DNA of 64,000 nucleotides from Chloroflexota bacterium (lineage in GTDB: Bacteria; Chloroflexota; Dehalococcoidia; Bin125). The stretch covers positions 11,016-75,015 of the forward strand of contig VXQT01000032.1 in the NCBI GenBank assembly GCA_009838915.1, written 5' to 3'. Positions 62,901-64,000 of this stretch are shown here, piece by piece. The stretch's first letter is position 1, and each line of letters opens with the position of its first letter. Under the pieces are notes generated by a model that saw only the letters and a program-made list of their open reading frames with translations, was not told the DNA's origin and ran no database searches. The position numbers were made by a program, and so were the translations under genes.

Positions 62901-63364
62901 CGTGGCGCGGCGTCTGGGGCGTGCAGTACATCTACGGCACCTTCTTCGGCATCCGAGGCCTGCTCGCCGGTGGTGCACCACCTGGAGATCCGGCGCTGCG
63001 ATCCGCCTGCCGCTGGCTGCTGGATCGGCAGCGTGACGACGGCGGCTGGGGGGAGCACCACAGCGGCTGCCTGAGCGGACAGTACGTCCCGCACGACGAG
63101 AGCCAGGTGATCCAGACCGCCTGGGCGCTAATCGCATTGCTCGAAGCGGGCGACGAACACTGGAGCGCCATCGCGCGAGGCGCGCGCTTCCTGGTCGATA
63201 GTCAATGCGAGGACGGCGGCTGGGCGCGCCAGGACATGGCCGGCGTCTTCTTCCGCACCGCCCTGCTCGACTACGTCCTCTACCGCCAGTACTTCCCGCT
63301 GCACGCGCTCGGACTCTACGAAGCCCGGCGAACTGCCCGCCACGTTGGATTGAACGACGGATAG
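59957..63364 (+). CDS. Fusion protein: squalene monooxygenase (N-terminal) + oxidosqualene cyclase (C-terminal)
   Basis: Single uninterrupted frame. The N-terminal half has YDVAIVGAGPVGS, GEWLHPPA, VGADGRSS and IGDAAGHYHPLTATGMT (squalene epoxidase pattern). The C-terminal half has QW-type repeats (LQTEDGGW, RAQNRDGGFG, RRTQGDDGSW, DRQRDDGGW, SQCEDGGW) and VSDCTAE at 62519-62533. GTG 59957 overlaps the cyp51 stop (GTGA). Confidence 0.8.
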   Translation: MTDGDIGRYDVAIVGAGPVGSVCAIAHARKGYRVALFEANPAASKRLAGEWLHPPAVRVLSELGISVEGEVPSTSGEGFAVFPEDGREPIVLPYADGSRSLVCEHAALVSHLRQVAGNEPGVDLRVHARVRSVEDGRITFMQDGVEHTALAERIVGADGRSSVVRRSLGLSTQTRTCSRMIGLTLKEVDLPLEGYGHVLSGAPGPMLIYRLNEDSIRAVIDIPLDLSPHEWKRLLSDSYARWVPEPLRPAFLDACTDERFDAAANVVSPRLTYGTSRRVLIGDAAGHYHPLTATGMTLGFGDAFELAEGEEFSDFRNHRFEATRVPELLAMGIYEAFADQRVEGTALRQAMYSRWRASSGVRGRTMRLLGCEDTRIRSLSREFSTTVLWALRARLPKSFSPNAWREYRDVARGLSNRLAWLLRAAWHLYSVRRAGGTGTERPTEALARAFLTSMPSGSPAPDRTEQPGEIEVDAPDASLAVQRAVERLLNLQTEDGGWEGEMVWCPMITAQWVLLQHILGRPIDPDRRRRLLRYFEQSRLADGQWGLHDHSAPHLFVTTLVYVAVRVLGIERDDPLIAPALRFIQAEGALGIPSWGKFWLALLNLYDWDGLHPVLPELWSLPRRLPLHPSKWYCHTRLIYMAMAAIFARRFQAAVTPLIGSLREELYPQGYETVDFPAARSRLRTADLFAAPTVWLRTLYRGAQLVQRFHLPRLRERSVDAMVEQIKWELNTTDHTSISPVSGLLNILALWLHDPEDPDAQCALEQAELWFWEDEQRGARLTGAKSASWDSGFALQALATATHIEGVPDALERGREYLGRQQIVASFPGYREAYRNDPQGGWCFAERWHGWPVSDCTAEAVLGIVAADRASGADPAGTDALRDGVRFMLRAQNRDGGFGSYEAQRSRFDLERINPAEMFGESMTEHSYVECAASCMAAIAAWRRAATAAGREHAPNAVDADAERALERADAWLRRTQGDDGSWRGVWGVQYIYGTFFGIRGLLAGGAPPGDPALRSACRWLLDRQRDDGGWGEHHSGCLSGQYVPHDESQVIQTAWALIALLEAGDEHWSAIARGARFLVDSQCEDGGWARQDMAGVFFRTALLDYVLYRQYFPLHALGLYEARRTARHVGLNDG

Positions 63365-63388
63365 AGTGGCCCTCGCCCTCGAGAACGA

Positions 63389-64000
63389 TCAGCGGCCGAC
63401 AATGGCGCGCAGCGCGAAGCGCGCGTTGGACGGCCGCTCCGCGATCCGGCGCATCAAGTACGGATACCAGCGCGCGCCGTAGGGAATGCTCATCCGCAGC
63501 CGCTCGCCGCGGGAGCGCATCGCCGCGCCCAGCTCGGGACGCACCCCGTACAGCATCTGGAATTCCCAGTAGCCGATAGTCGACTGGTCGTTGGCCAGTC
63601 TGCGAGCCGCGGCATGCAGCACCGGATCGTGGGTTGCCACGCCGACATCGGCCCCCGCTTGCCAGAGCTGCTCCAAGATCCCCGTGTAGGCCCGACGAAT
63701 CGGGCCCGCGCCGCTGTGCGCGATACGGCTCGACTCGCTGTAGGCGCCCTTGGTCAGACGCACCCGCGCGATGCCCTCGTCGATCAGCGCCTGTGCATCA
63801 TCCGGCGTGCGCCGCAGGTAGCTCTGCAGCGCGACGCCGGTCAGCTCCGACTCCGCCGCCGCCGTCCGATACAGCCTCAGCGTCGCGTCGACGGTGTGCG
63901 ACACCTCCATGTCGAGCTCGACCCGCACGCCGTTCTGCGATGCCGTCTCGACGATCGTCAACAACCCGCGCTCGGCCGTTTCGTAGGAGATGCCCAGGCC
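63389..64000 (-). CDS. Proline dehydrogenase (PutA PRODH-domain family), 5' end beyond window
   Basis: LQSYLRRT, VRLTKGAY, GVATHD, EFQMLYGVR and MRRIAERP are PRODH barrel motifs. The frame is open to the window end. Confidence 0.8.
   Translation of the reverse strand, partial: GLGISYETAERGLLTIVETASQNGVRVELDMEVSHTVDATLRLYRTAAAESELTGVALQSYLRRTPDDAQALIDEGIARVRLTKGAYSESSRIAHSGAGPIRRAYTGILEQLWQAGADVGVATHDPVLHAAARRLANDQSTIGYWEFQMLYGVRPELGAAMRSRGERLRMSIPYGARWYPYLMRRIAERPSNARFALRAIVGR

Noticed and set aside
61390-63364. Squalene-hopene cyclase instead of oxidosqualene cyclase
   Set aside because: The catalytic region reads VSDCTAE rather than the DxDDTA of SHCs. The gene is also fused to an epoxidase and clustered with CYP51 and a sterol reductase, all of which point to oxidosqualene as the substrate.
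1-64000. Mobile elements, prophage, CRISPR arrays, tRNA/rRNA genes
   Set aside because: I scanned the translations for transposase, integrase, recombinase and Cas signatures, and the intergenic DNA for regularly spaced repeats and tRNA-like cloverleaf regions. I found none. The repeats present are short REP-like palindromes.

Overview
High-GC, gene-dense chromosomal segment with about 55 protein genes on both strands. I recognised no rRNA, tRNA, CRISPR array, transposase or integrase. Most of it is housekeeping or accessory metabolism: IMPase, SDR, DEAD-box helicase, Amt/PII, an AddAB-type helicase-nuclease, two acyl-CoA carboxyltransferases, two DHA2 MFS pumps, LutC plus a LutB-LutA fusion, a thiolase/DUF35/CoA-transferase set, a peptide-type ABC importer without ATPase genes, tungsten-type aldehyde:ferredoxin oxidoreductase, and a B12-riboswitch-controlled cobalamin uptake and nucleotide-loop operon. 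Four things stand out. (1) At 54.3-63.4 kb there is a compact sterol biosynthesis cluster: one ORF fusing squalene monooxygenase to an oxidosqualene cyclase (DCTAE motif), a CYP51-type P450, an ERG4/ERG24-type sterol reductase, a Rieske oxygenase plus extended-SDR pair resembling bacterial C-4 demethylase SdmA/SdmB, and a divergent EBP/EXPERA-like membrane protein. (2) At 38.9-41.7 kb there are three tandem copies of a start/stop-coupled two-gene module. It encodes six small single-pass membrane proteins of two alternating paralogous types that I cannot assign to a known family, directly downstream of a MoaD/ThiS-like gene and the AOR gene. (3) At 20.57-21.10 kb there is a candidate selenoprotein with an in-frame TGA in a U-G-S-C-S-T-C motif, followed immediately by a SECIS-like hairpin. 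(4) Several families of GC-rich palindromic REP-like intergenic repeats recur in both orientations. All calls come from reading the six-frame translations and the DNA by eye. No searches were run, and start codons are often tentative.
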